A stretch of 64,000 nucleotides of DNA from Candidatus Oxydemutator sp. (GCA_965203445.1 OZ241883.1:2144001-2208000), one strand, 5' to 3'. Shown: positions 12,388 through 25,680, numbered from the stretch's first letter. Made by a program: numbers and translations. The notes: generated by a model not told the origin, from the sequence alone.

Positions 12388-12942
12388 ATGAGCGCGACCA
12401 CCACTCCCGTGTGCGACTTCGGGCGCACCGCCGTGCATTTCGAACTGCCCGGCACCGACGGAAAAATGCACGACTTGCGCGGCTGCGCGGGCGACAACGG
12501 CGTGCTGGTCATGTTCATCTGCAACCATTGCCCCTTCATCAAGGCGATCCAACACAAGCTGGTGCGCGACGCCACGGCGCTGCTCGAGCACGGCATCGGT
12601 TCGGTCGCGATCATGTCGAACGACCCGGCGGAATACGCCGAGGATTCCTTCGACAACATGAAAAAAGTCGCGCGGCGGTTTCAATATCCGTTTCCGTACC
12701 TGTTCGACGAAAGCCAGCAGACGGCGAAGGATTACGGCGCCGTGTGCACGCCCGATTTCTTCGGCTACAACAAAAACTACGAGCTTCAGTTTCGCGGGCG
12801 CCTCGACGACAGCGGCCCGACCAGAACCGGCGACGACTCGCCGCGCGAGTTGTACGAGGCGATGAAGCAGGTCGCAGAGACCGGGCGCGGCCCGAAAAAC
12901 CAGACGCCGAGCATCGGCTGTTCGATCAAGTGGCGGCGCTGA
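12388..12942 (+). CDS. Thioredoxin-fold/AhpC-TSA family protein (PRX-like)
   Basis: [34 protein letters not shown] motifs. Confidence 0.9.
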   Translation: MSATTTPVCDFGRTAVHFELPGTDGKMHDLRGCAGDNGVLVMFICNHCPFIKAIQHKLVRDATALLEHGIGSVAIMSNDPAEYAEDSFDNMKKVARRFQYPFPYLFDESQQTAKDYGAVCTPDFFGYNKNYELQFRGRLDDSGPTRTGDDSPRELYEAMKQVAETGRGPKNQTPSIGCSIKWRR

Positions 12943-13023
12943 CGGCGCTGTGACCGGCACACCGGCCGCTCCCTCGCCGCCGCCGCGGCCGTCCCAACGT
13001 CGCCGTTCCCGGAAAAAGGCATT

Positions 13024-13398
13024 TTATTCGACCAGTCTCAGCCGCGGTCTGCTCGATCTCGACGGCGCCGCGTCCGCGCTTGGCGTCGGGTCGTCGTCGG
13101 TAAACGCCACGCCCTGCATGTTCTCGCGCGCGTATATCGCAAGCACCGCCGCAAACGGCACCAGCACCGGCGCCGCGCGCCCGCCGAAACGCGCGCGGAA
13201 GGAGACGGCCGTATCGTCCATCACGAAGTCGCGCACCGCGTCCGCCGATATATTGAGCGTGACGCGCCCGTCCTCATCGTGGCCGGGTGGCACCTGCACG
13301 CCGGCGTGGCGAGCGTCGAAAACGACGTGCGGCGTGCAGCCGTTGTCCACGATCCATTGATGGATCGCACGAAACAGATAAGGCCGGCGCGAGGTCAA
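13024..13398 (-). CDS. sspB: ClpXP specificity-enhancing factor
   Basis: SRRPYLFRAIHQWIVDNGCTPH...AIYARENMQG...RPRLRLVE; follows sspA. Confidence 0.94.
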   Translation of the reverse strand: MTSRRPYLFRAIHQWIVDNGCTPHVVFDARHAGVQVPPGHDEDGRVTLNISADAVRDFVMDDTAVSFRARFGGRAAPVLVPFAAVLAIYARENMQGVAFTDDDPTPSADAAPSRSSRPRLRLVE

Positions 13399-13430
13399 AA
13401 CCAGGTCGGAGAGGCGCGAGACGGCGCCCG

Positions 13431-14099
13431 CTAGCGCTCTTCCAGCTCAGCCTCGGCGTCGGTCAGGCTCAAGCGAAACGCCGGGCGCTCGAACACGCGC
13501 TTGGCGTACCTCCAAACCGGTTTCAGGCGCGGCTGCGACATCGGGATGTCAAGCTTCGGAAGCCGCCACAGGATCGAGGCGACGCTGCAATCGAGCAGGC
13601 TAAATTCGTCGTTCAGAAAATAGCGGTTCGAGCGGAAAATGGACGCCTGCGAGACCAGCGCCTCCTCGAGCAACTTCTTCGCCCTGTCGGCGATCTTGCG
13701 GTTCGCGGACTGCGCCTTCTTCAGTTGCGGATACCAGTCGCTCTCGAGATGGTACATGCCGAGGCGTATGCGCGCGCGGTGCATCGGGTCTATCGGCATC
13801 AACGGCGGATGCGGAAAGCGTTCTTCCAGATAGTCCAGGATGGTGCGCGATTCGTAGATCACGACGTCGCGGTCGACCAGCGTCGGCACCGAGTTGTACG
13901 GGTTGATCTCGGACAGGTCTTCGGGCGTGCTCGAACCGTCCACCGGCACCGTCTTGAAATCGATCTCCTTTTCGGCCAGCGTGATGCGCACGCGATGGCA
14001 CAGCGGACACAAGGATCCGGAGAACAGCGTCATCACCAGCTGCCGGTCCGGCGGCAGCGAGGACTTCAAATCGCCTTCGGTATCGGCGTCAGTGGACAT
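13431..14099 (-). CDS. sspA: Stringent starvation protein A (GST fold)
   Basis: HRVRITLAEK...NPYNSVPTLVDRD...YLEERFPHPPLMP; follows petC. Confidence 0.94.
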   Translation of the reverse strand: MSTDADTEGDLKSSLPPDRQLVMTLFSGSLCPLCHRVRITLAEKEIDFKTVPVDGSSTPEDLSEINPYNSVPTLVDRDVVIYESRTILDYLEERFPHPPLMPIDPMHRARIRLGMYHLESDWYPQLKKAQSANRKIADRAKKLLEEALVSQASIFRSNRYFLNDEFSLLDCSVASILWRLPKLDIPMSQPRLKPVWRYAKRVFERPAFRLSLTDAEAELEER

Positions 14100-14835
14100 C
14101 TTTCCAGTATTCTCGTTTCAGCAAGTACGTGACCGCCAGCAAAACCAGCAGAAACAGGATAACCCAAATCCCGTAACGCTCGCGTTTCAGCGCCGCCGGT
14201 TCGGCCAGATAGACCAGAAAAGTCACCAGGTCGCGGACGACGCGGTCGTATTCCTCGGCGGACAGCAGCCCCGGCCGAACCAGCTCGAGTCTTTCTATCG
14301 CCCATTTGTCGTCGGTGCCGTGGTTCTCTTTGTACACCGGCCGCTGCCAGCCCTGCAACTCCCACAGCACGTGCGGCATCGCCACGTGCTGAAACACGGC
14401 GTTGTTCACGCCCATTGGGCGCTCGGGATCGAGATAGAAGGACTTCAGATAAGTATAAATCCAATCGGCGCCGCGCGCACGCGCCGCCAGCGTCAGGTCG
14501 GGCGGCGGCGCGCCGAACCATTCGATGGCCTTTGCGTGCGGCATGGCCACGGTCATCAGATCGCCGATCTTGCCGTCGGTCAAAATCAGGTTGTCCTTGA
14601 CCATGTCTTCGGACAGGCCCAGGTCCTCGCCGACCCAGCGGTAGCGCGCGTAGCGCGAACTGTGGCAACTCAGACAGTAATTGACGAAATACTTGGCGCC
14701 TCTTTGCAGCGACGCACGGTTATGGATGCTGACCTCGACCGACTCCAGCGGGTAGCCGGTGTCCGCGGCCACGGCCACCTGCGCGACGCCGACCAGGCCG
14801 ATCAACGCGACCGACGGCGGCAGCCGCGGCCTCAC
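14089..14835 (-). CDS. petC: Cytochrome c1
   Basis: SLQRGAKYFVNYCLSCHS (CxxCH), PPDL, MPHVL, C-terminal TM; GTG overlaps the petB stop. Confidence 0.95.
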   Translation of the reverse strand: MRPRLPPSVALIGLVGVAQVAVAADTGYPLESVEVSIHNRASLQRGAKYFVNYCLSCHSSRYARYRWVGEDLGLSEDMVKDNLILTDGKIGDLMTVAMPHAKAIEWFGAPPPDLTLAARARGADWIYTYLKSFYLDPERPMGVNNAVFQHVAMPHVLWELQGWQRPVYKENHGTDDKWAIERLELVRPGLLSAEEYDRVVRDLVTFLVYLAEPAALKRERYGIWVILFLLVLLAVTYLLKREYWKDVH

Positions 14836-16232
14836 GTCCGCACCCTCGCGGGTTCCGGCTTGTCGCTGCCAAGGCGCCCGACCATCGGCAGCAACAAATG
14901 AAACGCGAGATAGGCGGCCGGGATCAGCCAGCCGCGCGCGACCAGCGGCCAGATTCCGTCGTAGCCGCGCACGTAGTCGTACAGCGTGACGACGCCCAGC
15001 AGCGCCACCAGCCAGCCCAGGTAAAAAGCCGCTGAGCGTCTCTTGCTGTACACCCACAACGTAAAGAAAAACAAAAAATACAACTCGCTGAAACGCACCG
15101 CCATCTCGGTGCGAAACGGATTGACGGTGAGCGTGCCGAGATAGCCCAGATACACAAAAGCAACGACGAACACCAGCACGTTGACTTTGTAGAGCACACT
15201 GCGGTAGCGCACCGACTTTACCGGGTTGCGGTCTATCCACGGCAGGAAAAAGAGGATCAGGATGGAGGCCGTCATCGCCAGCACCCCGTACCACGGATCC
15301 GGGATGGCGCGCAGCACCGTGTAAAACGGCGTGAAGTACCACAGCGGCGAGATGTGCTCCGGCGTCAGCAACGGATTGGCTTCGACGAAGTTGTTGTGCT
15401 CGAGAAAATAGCCGCCCATCTCGGGCGCGTAAAACACGACCAGCGTGAACAGCAGCAGGAAGACCACGGCGCCGACGAGGTCCTTGAGCGTATAGTAGGG
15501 GTGGAACGGAATGCCGTCGCGCGGCTTGCCGTCGGCGCCCTTGTTTTTTTTGATCTCGACGCCGTCGGGGTTGTTCGAGCCGACCTCGTGCAAGGCCACG
15601 ACGTGCATGAATACCAAGCCGACCAGCAACAGCGGCAGCGCGATGACGTGGAACGCGAAGAAGCGGTTCAAGGTGGCGTCGGAGACGACGTAATCGCCGC
15701 GTATCCATACCGCCAGGTCGGGACCGATGTACGGAATCGCGCCGAACAGGTTGATGATCACCTGGGCGCCCCAGTACGACATCTGCCCCCACGGCAGCAG
15801 ATAGCCCATGAAGGCCTCGGCCATCAGCGTCAGGTAGAGCAGCATGCCGATGATCCACAGCAATTCGCGCGGCTTCTTGAAGGAGCCGTAGATGAGACCG
15901 CGAAACATGTGCAGGTAGATGATGACGAAAAAGGCCGAGGCGCCGGTCGAGTGCATGTAACGGATCAACCACCCCCACTCGACGTCGCGCATGATGTACT
16001 CGACCGACGCGAAAGCAAGCGCGGCGTCGGGCTTGTAGTGCATCGTCAGAAAGATGCCGGTCACGATCTGCATCGCCAGCACCAGCAGCGCGAGCGAACC
16101 GAAGAAATACCACAGGTTGAAGTTCTTCGGCGCGTAATAACCCGCGAGATGGTCGTTCCACAATCTGGACAGCGGAAAGCGCTCGTCTATCCAGGCGAGC
16201 AGGCCGCCGTTCTTTTGCGCCGCCCGTTGCAT
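14832..16232 (-). CDS. petB: Cytochrome b of the bc1 complex
   Basis: GWLIRYMHSTGAS, LPWGQMSYWGAQVI, TPEHISPLWYF. Confidence 0.97.
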   Translation of the reverse strand: MQRAAQKNGGLLAWIDERFPLSRLWNDHLAGYYAPKNFNLWYFFGSLALLVLAMQIVTGIFLTMHYKPDAALAFASVEYIMRDVEWGWLIRYMHSTGASAFFVIIYLHMFRGLIYGSFKKPRELLWIIGMLLYLTLMAEAFMGYLLPWGQMSYWGAQVIINLFGAIPYIGPDLAVWIRGDYVVSDATLNRFFAFHVIALPLLLVGLVFMHVVALHEVGSNNPDGVEIKKNKGADGKPRDGIPFHPYYTLKDLVGAVVFLLLFTLVVFYAPEMGGYFLEHNNFVEANPLLTPEHISPLWYFTPFYTVLRAIPDPWYGVLAMTASILILFFLPWIDRNPVKSVRYRSVLYKVNVLVFVVAFVYLGYLGTLTVNPFRTEMAVRFSELYFLFFFTLWVYSKRRSAAFYLGWLVALLGVVTLYDYVRGYDGIWPLVARGWLIPAAYLAFHLLLPMVGRLGSDKPEPARVRT

Positions 16233-16831
16233 CAGGCGCTGTGCTCCCCGGACTCGCCGACGATGATCTTGTCGTCGGCGACAAAACGGTACGGGGGCAC
16301 TTCGAGATTCTTCGGCGCCGGCACGCTACGATAGACGCGCCCGGCCAGGTCGAAGCGCGAACCATGGCAGGCGCAGAAAAACCCACCCGGCCAGTGGTCG
16401 CCCAGGTCTTGCGGCGCGACCTCGGGACGAAACGCGGGCGAGCACCCGAGGTGGGTGCATATGCCGACCAGCACCAGGTACTCGGGCTTGATCGAGCGGT
16501 GCGGGTTCTTGGTGTATTGCGGTTGTTCGGACTGATCCGAGGCCGGATCGCGCAGACGCGACGCGGACTCGGCGAGCGACGCCAGCATCTGCGGCGTGCG
16601 ACGCACGATCCACACCGGCTTGCCGCGCCATTCCTCGCGGATCATGCCGCCCAGCTGGATCTTCGACAGATCCACCTCGACTGGAGCGCCCGCCGCCTGC
16701 GCGCGCGCGCTCGGACTCATCGCCTTGATGAACGGCCACGCCGCCACCGCGCCGCCGATACCGCCGACCAGACCGGCTAAAATTCTGAGAAAGCGCCGCC
16801 GCGTGGTATCCGTTTTGTTCCCGTCCGACAT
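16232..16831 (-). CDS. petA: Rieske iron-sulfur subunit of the bc1 complex
   Basis: Tat motif TRRRFL, CTHLGC, CACHGSRFD. Confidence 0.97.
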   Translation of the reverse strand: MSDGNKTDTTRRRFLRILAGLVGGIGGAVAAWPFIKAMSPSARAQAAGAPVEVDLSKIQLGGMIREEWRGKPVWIVRRTPQMLASLAESASRLRDPASDQSEQPQYTKNPHRSIKPEYLVLVGICTHLGCSPAFRPEVAPQDLGDHWPGGFFCACHGSRFDLAGRVYRSVPAPKNLEVPPYRFVADDKIIVGESGEHSA

Positions 16832-16931
16832 GGAATGAAGAGTGGTCCCGTTCGCGGCGGGCGAAACGACTCGCCGACCATGGACGGTTCGTTTATTGTA
16901 TGGCTATTGGCGCGTTGATTCAAGATCTCCC

Positions 16932-17023
16932 GCCACCCTGTCCCAGGGGGAGAGGGTTACATTTTGCCTTTTCCCCCTTTTCCCTCACCCGGCCTTCGGC
17001 CATTCTTTCCCTTCGGGAGAGAG
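16932..17023. repeat. REP-like palindromic element (CCCTCTCCC..GGGAGAGGG family)
   Basis: gccaccctgtcccagggggagagggttacatttt...ccctcacccggccttcggcc; related copies near 33.1, 34.05 and 58.2 kb. Confidence 0.75.
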
Positions 17024-17053
17024 CGCGGCGGGGATGCAGACAGCGCGCGCCGG

Positions 17054-19435
17054 TCAAAAGCGCCAACGGACGCCGGCTATTACCGAGATCGGGGCGCCGG
17101 GGGCGTAGTAGAGTGCTCTTTCGTCGTCGAGTTCCAGCACCGAGGGGTCGCCGGCCGCGTTCTCCCTGCCGAGTTCCGGTTCCTCGCCGATCAGGCCGAA
17201 GTTCTCATAATCTCTATCGAACAGGTTTTCGATAAGCACGAACGCGGCGAAGTTGCCGACGCGGTAATTCGCGCGCGCGTTGAACACTGCGTAACCGCCG
17301 ACTTCGCCCAGTTGGTTCGATTCATCGCCGCGCAAATGACTGCCGGAAACCGCGATCATATCGAGGCCGACCGACAGACGCTCGGTGAACGCGTAGTCGG
17401 CCGCTGCCTTGAACAGGTGCGCCGGAATGCCCGGAACGTCGTCGCCCTTCTCGACCTCGGCGACGGTCACCTCGTCGGCGGCGTCGCACCCGGGCCTGCG
17501 GCTCGGGCACACCTCGCGCACTACGGCGCCGAGCGCTTCATAATCCTCGCTGACCAGGGCCTCGAAGTCGTCCTCGAAAGTCGCCTCGAGGTAAGTGTAA
17601 TTGAGGCTCCAGTCGAGCTTGCCGTGCGTACCCGAAAGCGACGCCTCGAGACCTCTGCGCCGGGTCTCGTCGACGTTGCGAAACGCGCCGTGCGCGCGCC
17701 CCGTCGTCTGCCAGATGATGTCGTCGCGGTTGTCGGTGTGGAAACCACCGAGCGACCACAACCAGCCGTTGGCGGCGGTGCCGCGCGCGCCGAACTCGAA
17801 CGTTTCCGAGATCACCTCGTCCAGCGGCGGGTCGGCCAGAAACGCATTGGGCAGGCGGCATTCGACCTCGTCGCCGGGGTTGTTGGCGGCCCTGGCGGCG
17901 AGTATCTCCTCGCTGCACGCGAGCTCTATCGGCGTCGGCAGGCGGCTCGACTCGCTGTAGCTTCCGTAGAAGTCCACGTCGGGACGCCAGCGCCAGACGG
18001 CACCCGCGCTCCAGTTGAAGTTGTCGAAATCGTGGCTGCCGTTCAATTCCTCCTGCTCGCCGCTGCGGTCGCGCAGACGCACCTTGCTGTCGTGGTAGAA
18101 ACCGGCCAGAGTAAGCGTCCAGTCGTCGCCGACGGCGATGCTGTCGCCGAGGTACAGGTAGGAGCGCGCAACGCGCGTATTGACGTCGCTCCGGTCCTCG
18201 TCCTCATCGCTGTACTCGCCGGTGACCGAGCGCGGCCCGCGCGTCGAGCGCGTGTCCGGGTCAAGCCTTGCGTATTGCACGCGCGAATCGAAGGTGGAGC
18301 GACCCTCGTAGTAGCCCAGGCCCGCGTTGAGATCGTGCGCAAGACCGAACCAGTCCAGCGGGAAGTCTATCTCGAGGACACCGCCGTGGGCGCGTTGGCT
18401 GCGTTCGCTGACGTTGTTGATCGCATCGCACGCGATGTCATTGCATTCATCCTCGCCCGGCGGCTCCAGCAGTTCCTCCTCGGCGCCGTCGCCGTTGAAC
18501 GCGTCGGTGCCGTTGTCACGGTAATAGAGGTTGGCCGACAGGCGCGTCTCTTCTCCCAGGTCGTAGTCGCCCCTGAGGGCCCACGTGTACATGTCGTTTT
18601 CGGTAATATCGGGCGCGGTGAAAATGGCTTCGCGGTCGTTATCGAGCAGTCCGATTGGCGACAATCCGTTGCCGGTAAGGTCGGATCTGCCGCGGTGGTA
18701 GTTAAGCCCGAGCGACGCTCGCTGCGAGCGCCAGTCAAGACTCGTATACAGATTTTCCGCCCACGAGTTTGAAAGGTCGCGCCAGCCCCCCTCGTAGAAG
18801 CGTTGCGCGTTGACGTACCAGGCGAACTCGCCGTTGTTGCCGCCGCTCTCGAAATTGCCGATGAAGCGCTCGTACGAACCGCCCTCGACCTCGACCGAAT
18901 GTCCCGGATGGGTAAATCCGTTCTTCATCTCGAGCACGATCGCGCCGCCCAAGGCGTTCAACCCGTAGAGCGGGTTGGAACCGCTCAGCAGGTTCATGCC
19001 GGCGATTGCGTTCATCGGCACCAGGTCCCAGTTCACGGTATCGCCCAGGGGTTCGTTCAGGCGCACGCCGTTTTGGTACACCGCCAGGCCCATCGGCAAC
19101 CCGAGCAGCGGCGACGCGGCGAAGCCGCGGTAATAAAGATCCACCTGTAGCGGATTTCCTTGCGCCGAGTTCACGTGGACGCCGCCGAAGTAACGATTGA
19201 GGTGGCCCGAGACGTCGGGGCTTATGCCGCGCGCGAGTTCTTCGTCGCCGGCGCTCTGGATACGCCCCGGAAAATCGCGCGCGTCGAGGTCGTCCTGGCG
19301 CACCGGCGTCGTGCCTATGACGATGATTCTCTCGGCCTCGTCGGCCGACACGAAAACCGACGCCGACGCAAAAACCATCAGGAATACGGCGGAAAAAGCC
19401 CTGTCGACGAACTCGTGGCCGAGAACATTGTTCAT
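17054..19435 (-). CDS. TonB-dependent outer-membrane receptor
   Basis: Signal peptide, TonB-box-like IIVIG, plug region (YRGFAASPLLG...NGVRLNEP...GSNPLYGLNALGG), C-terminal aromatic WRF. Alternative in-frame starts up to 19474. Confidence 0.92.
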   Translation of the reverse strand: MNNVLGHEFVDRAFSAVFLMVFASASVFVSADEAERIIVIGTTPVRQDDLDARDFPGRIQSAGDEELARGISPDVSGHLNRYFGGVHVNSAQGNPLQVDLYYRGFAASPLLGLPMGLAVYQNGVRLNEPLGDTVNWDLVPMNAIAGMNLLSGSNPLYGLNALGGAIVLEMKNGFTHPGHSVEVEGGSYERFIGNFESGGNNGEFAWYVNAQRFYEGGWRDLSNSWAENLYTSLDWRSQRASLGLNYHRGRSDLTGNGLSPIGLLDNDREAIFTAPDITENDMYTWALRGDYDLGEETRLSANLYYRDNGTDAFNGDGAEEELLEPPGEDECNDIACDAINNVSERSQRAHGGVLEIDFPLDWFGLAHDLNAGLGYYEGRSTFDSRVQYARLDPDTRSTRGPRSVTGEYSDEDEDRSDVNTRVARSYLYLGDSIAVGDDWTLTLAGFYHDSKVRLRDRSGEQEELNGSHDFDNFNWSAGAVWRWRPDVDFYGSYSESSRLPTPIELACSEEILAARAANNPGDEVECRLPNAFLADPPLDEVISETFEFGARGTAANGWLWSLGGFHTDNRDDIIWQTTGRAHGAFRNVDETRRRGLEASLSGTHGKLDWSLNYTYLEATFEDDFEALVSEDYEALGAVVREVCPSRRPGCDAADEVTVAEVEKGDDVPGIPAHLFKAAADYAFTERLSVGLDMIAVSGSHLRGDESNQLGEVGGYAVFNARANYRVGNFAAFVLIENLFDRDYENFGLIGEEPELGRENAAGDPSVLELDDERALYYAPGAPISVIAGVRWRF

Positions 19436-19615
19436 GTCGTCTCCATTGTTCATCACGTCGTCTCCATTGTCCACGTTGTCTCCTTACTGAATCAGGATTA
19501 ACGGAAACAATGAAAAGTACTCGTTTATGCCCCGCCCAAGGGGGCTACGACGGTACCCATAGGTAAGGCCTTGCATTATACTACCCGTTATACCGAAGTC
19601 TATATCGGAGGAAAA

Positions 19616-20131
19616 ATGAGAACGACAGCTATTGCAAAATCAGTTTTTGGAGGCGCTCTGTGCGGCGCGATTTTGTGCGCCGGCGCCTCCGTGGCCGTGG
19701 CCGGCGGCAAGCTCAGCGTCGACAAGCAGGTTACCGTCAACGCATCGCCGGAAACGACGTGGAAGATGGTCGGGCACTACAACCACGTGGACGTATGGCA
19801 CCCGGCCGTGGTCATGAGCAGCGTAACCGGCGACGCCCGGGAGCCGGGGGCGGTGCGCGTATTGACGCTCGCGGACGGCGCCAAGTTCACCGAAGTTCTG
19901 CTGCGCCACAGCGACCGCGATCTGAGTTACACCTACGAGATCACCGACTCGCCGCTGCCGATTGCGGACTACGAGGCCACGCTGTCGGTAAGGGCGGCGC
20001 CGGGCGGCAAGGCGATGATCACGTGGGCTTCGACTTTCGATCCAAAAGGCGTCTCCGACGAGCAGGCCATCGAGGCGGTTTCGGGAGTGTACGAGGCCGG
20101 CCTTGCGCACGTCGCGCGGCATTTTCAGTGA
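19616..20131 (+). CDS. Secreted SRPBCC/polyketide-cyclase-2 family protein (MxaD-like)
   Basis: GGAGG RBS, signal peptide, VTVNASPETTWKMVG...WHPAV...GAVRVLTL...SYTYEI...GVYEAGL pattern. Confidence 0.8.
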   Translation: MRTTAIAKSVFGGALCGAILCAGASVAVAGGKLSVDKQVTVNASPETTWKMVGHYNHVDVWHPAVVMSSVTGDAREPGAVRVLTLADGAKFTEVLLRHSDRDLSYTYEITDSPLPIADYEATLSVRAAPGGKAMITWASTFDPKGVSDEQAIEAVSGVYEAGLAHVARHFQ

Positions 20132-20184
20132 GTCCTTAGAGTGAATCCTTAGGGCGCGGTCTCTGGCGGAGGCGCGCGCCACAA

Positions 20185-20216
20185 ACGACAAAGCCGCCGC
20201 CGGCCCCGACGGCGGC
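20185..20216 (-). terminator. Putative intrinsic terminator downstream of 23S rRNA
   Basis: GCCGCCG/CGGCGGC stem followed by TTTGTCGTTT on the minus strand. Confidence 0.45.
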
Positions 20217-20306
20217 CTACACCCGATGGGCAACGCGCGACACCCGGCGATCGGCACAAGCAAAGGTAGTATCCAAAACGCCGCCACAAAAGTGCTTGAG
20301 CGTTAT

Positions 20307-23195
<2,889 letters not shown>

Positions 23196-23335
23196 TATAA
23201 CCTCAAGCAGTCTCGCCCGAGGTTACATGCGTATCAGATACAATTTACTTGGCTTACTCGATTGTCAAAAAACACGTCGTCCAAAGACGAAGCTCAATGC
23301 GACTTTGGCAAGCGGCATTGAGATTCGCCGGTCGC

Positions 23336-23411
23336 TGGTGGAGCCGAGGAGGATCGAACTCCCGACCTCCTGCTTGCAAAGCAGGCGCTCTCCCGGCTGA
23401 GCTACGGCCCC
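23336..23411 (-). tRNA. tRNA-Ala(TGC)
   Basis: GGGGCCGTAGCTCAG...CCTGC-TTTGCAA-GCAGG...GTTCGATC...CTCCACCA. Confidence 0.96.
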
Positions 23412-23438
23412 GTGCCGCGCGTTGCGGCGTCCTTCACC

Positions 23439-23515
<77 letters not shown>

Positions 23516-23662
23516 TCGTAGGCCCCGTCCGTCGTTCCTCGCAACGGCGCAACACACCGGCACAACGACTCTCCCCTACCTCGGATTGCGCGCGCCCCGA
23601 TTCAGATGAGGGAGCCGCCTGCGAAATAAAAAACAACCGTGCCACCAGGACACAACTCGAGG

Positions 23663-23670
23663 ATTATAAT
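23663..23670. promoter_or_regulatory. Palindromic ATTATAAT, putative -10 for the tRNA-23S unit and/or yrbG
   Basis: TATAAT on both strands between divergent transcription units. Confidence 0.5.
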
Positions 23671-23724
23671 ATGCCGCTGCATCCCTTGCAACCACTTGTA
23701 TGGGGCCACCACTCCTCCGAAAAA

Positions 23725-24678
23725 GTGCTTATCGAAATACCAGGGCTTGCCGTCGGCATCGGAATGCTGATGTGGTCCGCCGACCGCATGATGCAAGGGG
23801 CGGTCGTTGTCGCGCGGCGTCTCGGCGTATCGGCGGTCGGCGTCGGCCTCGTCATCGGCTTCGGCACGTCGGCGCCGGAAATGTTGGTGTCGGCGTTGGC
23901 GGCGGCGCGTGGCACGCCGCACGTCGCAATCGGCAACGCAATCGGCTCGAATATAGCGAACATCGGCCTGGTGCTGGGCGCGGTTTCGCTGGTCGGCGCA
24001 ATCGCCGCCAACCCTCGGGTGATAACGCTCAAGTTCACGACGCTGCTGGCGGCCACCGCCGTGCTCGGGTTGGTGATGGCCGATCTTGATCTCGGGCTTG
24101 CCGACGGCGCGATCCTGATGACGACGCTCGTCCTGATCCTCTACCTGCTGATCAAGGCGTTGCCGGCGGAGAACGACGGCGACGCCGCCGACGTGCGCGA
24201 TGCGGGCGGCGCGCGCGCGTGGTTCGAGTTCGGCGGCGGCTTCGCGCTGCTGTTGATCGCGGCGCAGTTGATCGTGGTCTGCGCCACCGGCCTTGCGCGG
24301 CACTTCGGCGTCAGCGACCTGCTGATCGGCCTGACCGTGGTCGCGGTCGGCACCAGCCTGCCCGAATTGGCCGCGGCGCTCGCCAGCACCTGGAAGCGGC
24401 ATCACGACATCACCGTCGGCAATATCTTAGGTTCCAATCTGTTCAACAGTCTGGGCGTGGTCGGCATCACCGCTTTGCTAAGTCCGACGGCGTTGTCGGT
24501 CGCGGTGCTGCACCGCGACTTTTTCGCCAATGTTACACTGACGTTCGCGCTGCTGGCGCTGCTGTGGTTCGCACCCCGGCGCCTGGAGTTGGGCCGGCTC
24601 AAGGGCCTGGTGCTGCTCGGCGCTTTCATCGGCTACCAGTGGCTGCTCTACCGCCAGGAGGTCGCCGCCGTTCCATGA
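23725..24678 (+). CDS. Calcium/sodium antiporter (YrbG family)
   Basis: Two alpha-repeats, GTSAPE...GNAIGSNIAN and GTSLPE...GNILGSNLFN; sits upstream of kdsD; start uncertain. Confidence 0.9.
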   Translation: MLIEIPGLAVGIGMLMWSADRMMQGAVVVARRLGVSAVGVGLVIGFGTSAPEMLVSALAAARGTPHVAIGNAIGSNIANIGLVLGAVSLVGAIAANPRVITLKFTTLLAATAVLGLVMADLDLGLADGAILMTTLVLILYLLIKALPAENDGDAADVRDAGGARAWFEFGGGFALLLIAAQLIVVCATGLARHFGVSDLLIGLTVVAVGTSLPELAAALASTWKRHHDITVGNILGSNLFNSLGVVGITALLSPTALSVAVLHRDFFANVTLTFALLALLWFAPRRLELGRLKGLVLLGAFIGYQWLLYRQEVAAVP

Positions 24679-25646
24679 AGGAGTTTGAGGATCTCAGAAA
24701 ACTCGCGATCGCGGTGCTCGACACCGAGGCGCGCGCGATCAGCGATCTGCGCGGGCGCATAGACGAGAACTTCCACCGCGCGTGCCGCCTGCTCGGCGAG
24801 TGCGCGGGACGCATCATCGTGACCGGTATCGGCAAATCCGGCCACGTCGCAAACAAGATCACCTCGACGCTGGCGAGCACCGGCAGCGCGGCTTTCTACG
24901 TCCACCCGGCCGAGGCCGGGCACGGCGACCTCGGCATGATCGGCGGCGACGACGTGATATTGGCGCTGTCGCATTCGGGCGAGACCGGCGAGATCAACGC
25001 GCTGCTGCCGGCGCTGAAAAAGCTGCGCACGCCGTTGATCGCGGTGACCGGAAACTGCGACTCGACGCTGGGACGGGCCGCGGACGTGTGCCTGAACACC
25101 GCGGTCCGGGAAGAAGCCTGCCCGCTGGGACTGGCGCCGACCGCGAGCACCGCGGCCGCGCTGGCGATGGGCGACGCGCTCGCGGTCGCGCTGATGAGCG
25201 GCAGAGGCTTCACGGCCGAGGATTTCGCCCGCTCGCACCCGGGCGGGCGCCTGGGCCGGCGCCTGCTGCTGCGCGTCGGCGACCTGATGCGCACCGGCGA
25301 CGCGCTGCCGAAGGTCGCGCCCGGCACGCCGCTGACCGACGCGCTCTACGAGATGTCGCGCAAGGGGCTGGGCATGACGCTGGTGGTGGACGATGCCGGC
25401 TGGGTGCGCGGCCTGTTCACCGACGGCGATCTGAGACGCGCGCTCGACAACGGCACCGACGTCGCAAGCGCCGTCATAGACGACGTGATGACGCGCGAGT
25501 TCCACTCCATCGGCGCCGACGAACTCGCGGTCGAGGCGCTGAACCTGATGGAGACGAAACTGATCAATTCGATGCCGGTCTTCGACGAACGCCGCGCGCT
25601 GATCGGCGCGCTCAACGTACACGATCTGCTACGCGCCGGCTTGTGA
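24675..25646 (+). CDS. kdsD: Arabinose-5-phosphate isomerase (KpsF/GutQ family)
   Basis: [39 protein letters not shown] pair; ATGA overlap with the antiporter. Confidence 0.95.
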   Translation: MKEFEDLRKLAIAVLDTEARAISDLRGRIDENFHRACRLLGECAGRIIVTGIGKSGHVANKITSTLASTGSAAFYVHPAEAGHGDLGMIGGDDVILALSHSGETGEINALLPALKKLRTPLIAVTGNCDSTLGRAADVCLNTAVREEACPLGLAPTASTAAALAMGDALAVALMSGRGFTAEDFARSHPGGRLGRRLLLRVGDLMRTGDALPKVAPGTPLTDALYEMSRKGLGMTLVVDDAGWVRGLFTDGDLRRALDNGTDVASAVIDDVMTREFHSIGADELAVEALNLMETKLINSMPVFDERRALIGALNVHDLLRAGL

Positions 25647-25680
25647 CACCCGGGCGCCCTCCCGCTTACGGCGAATCCGC

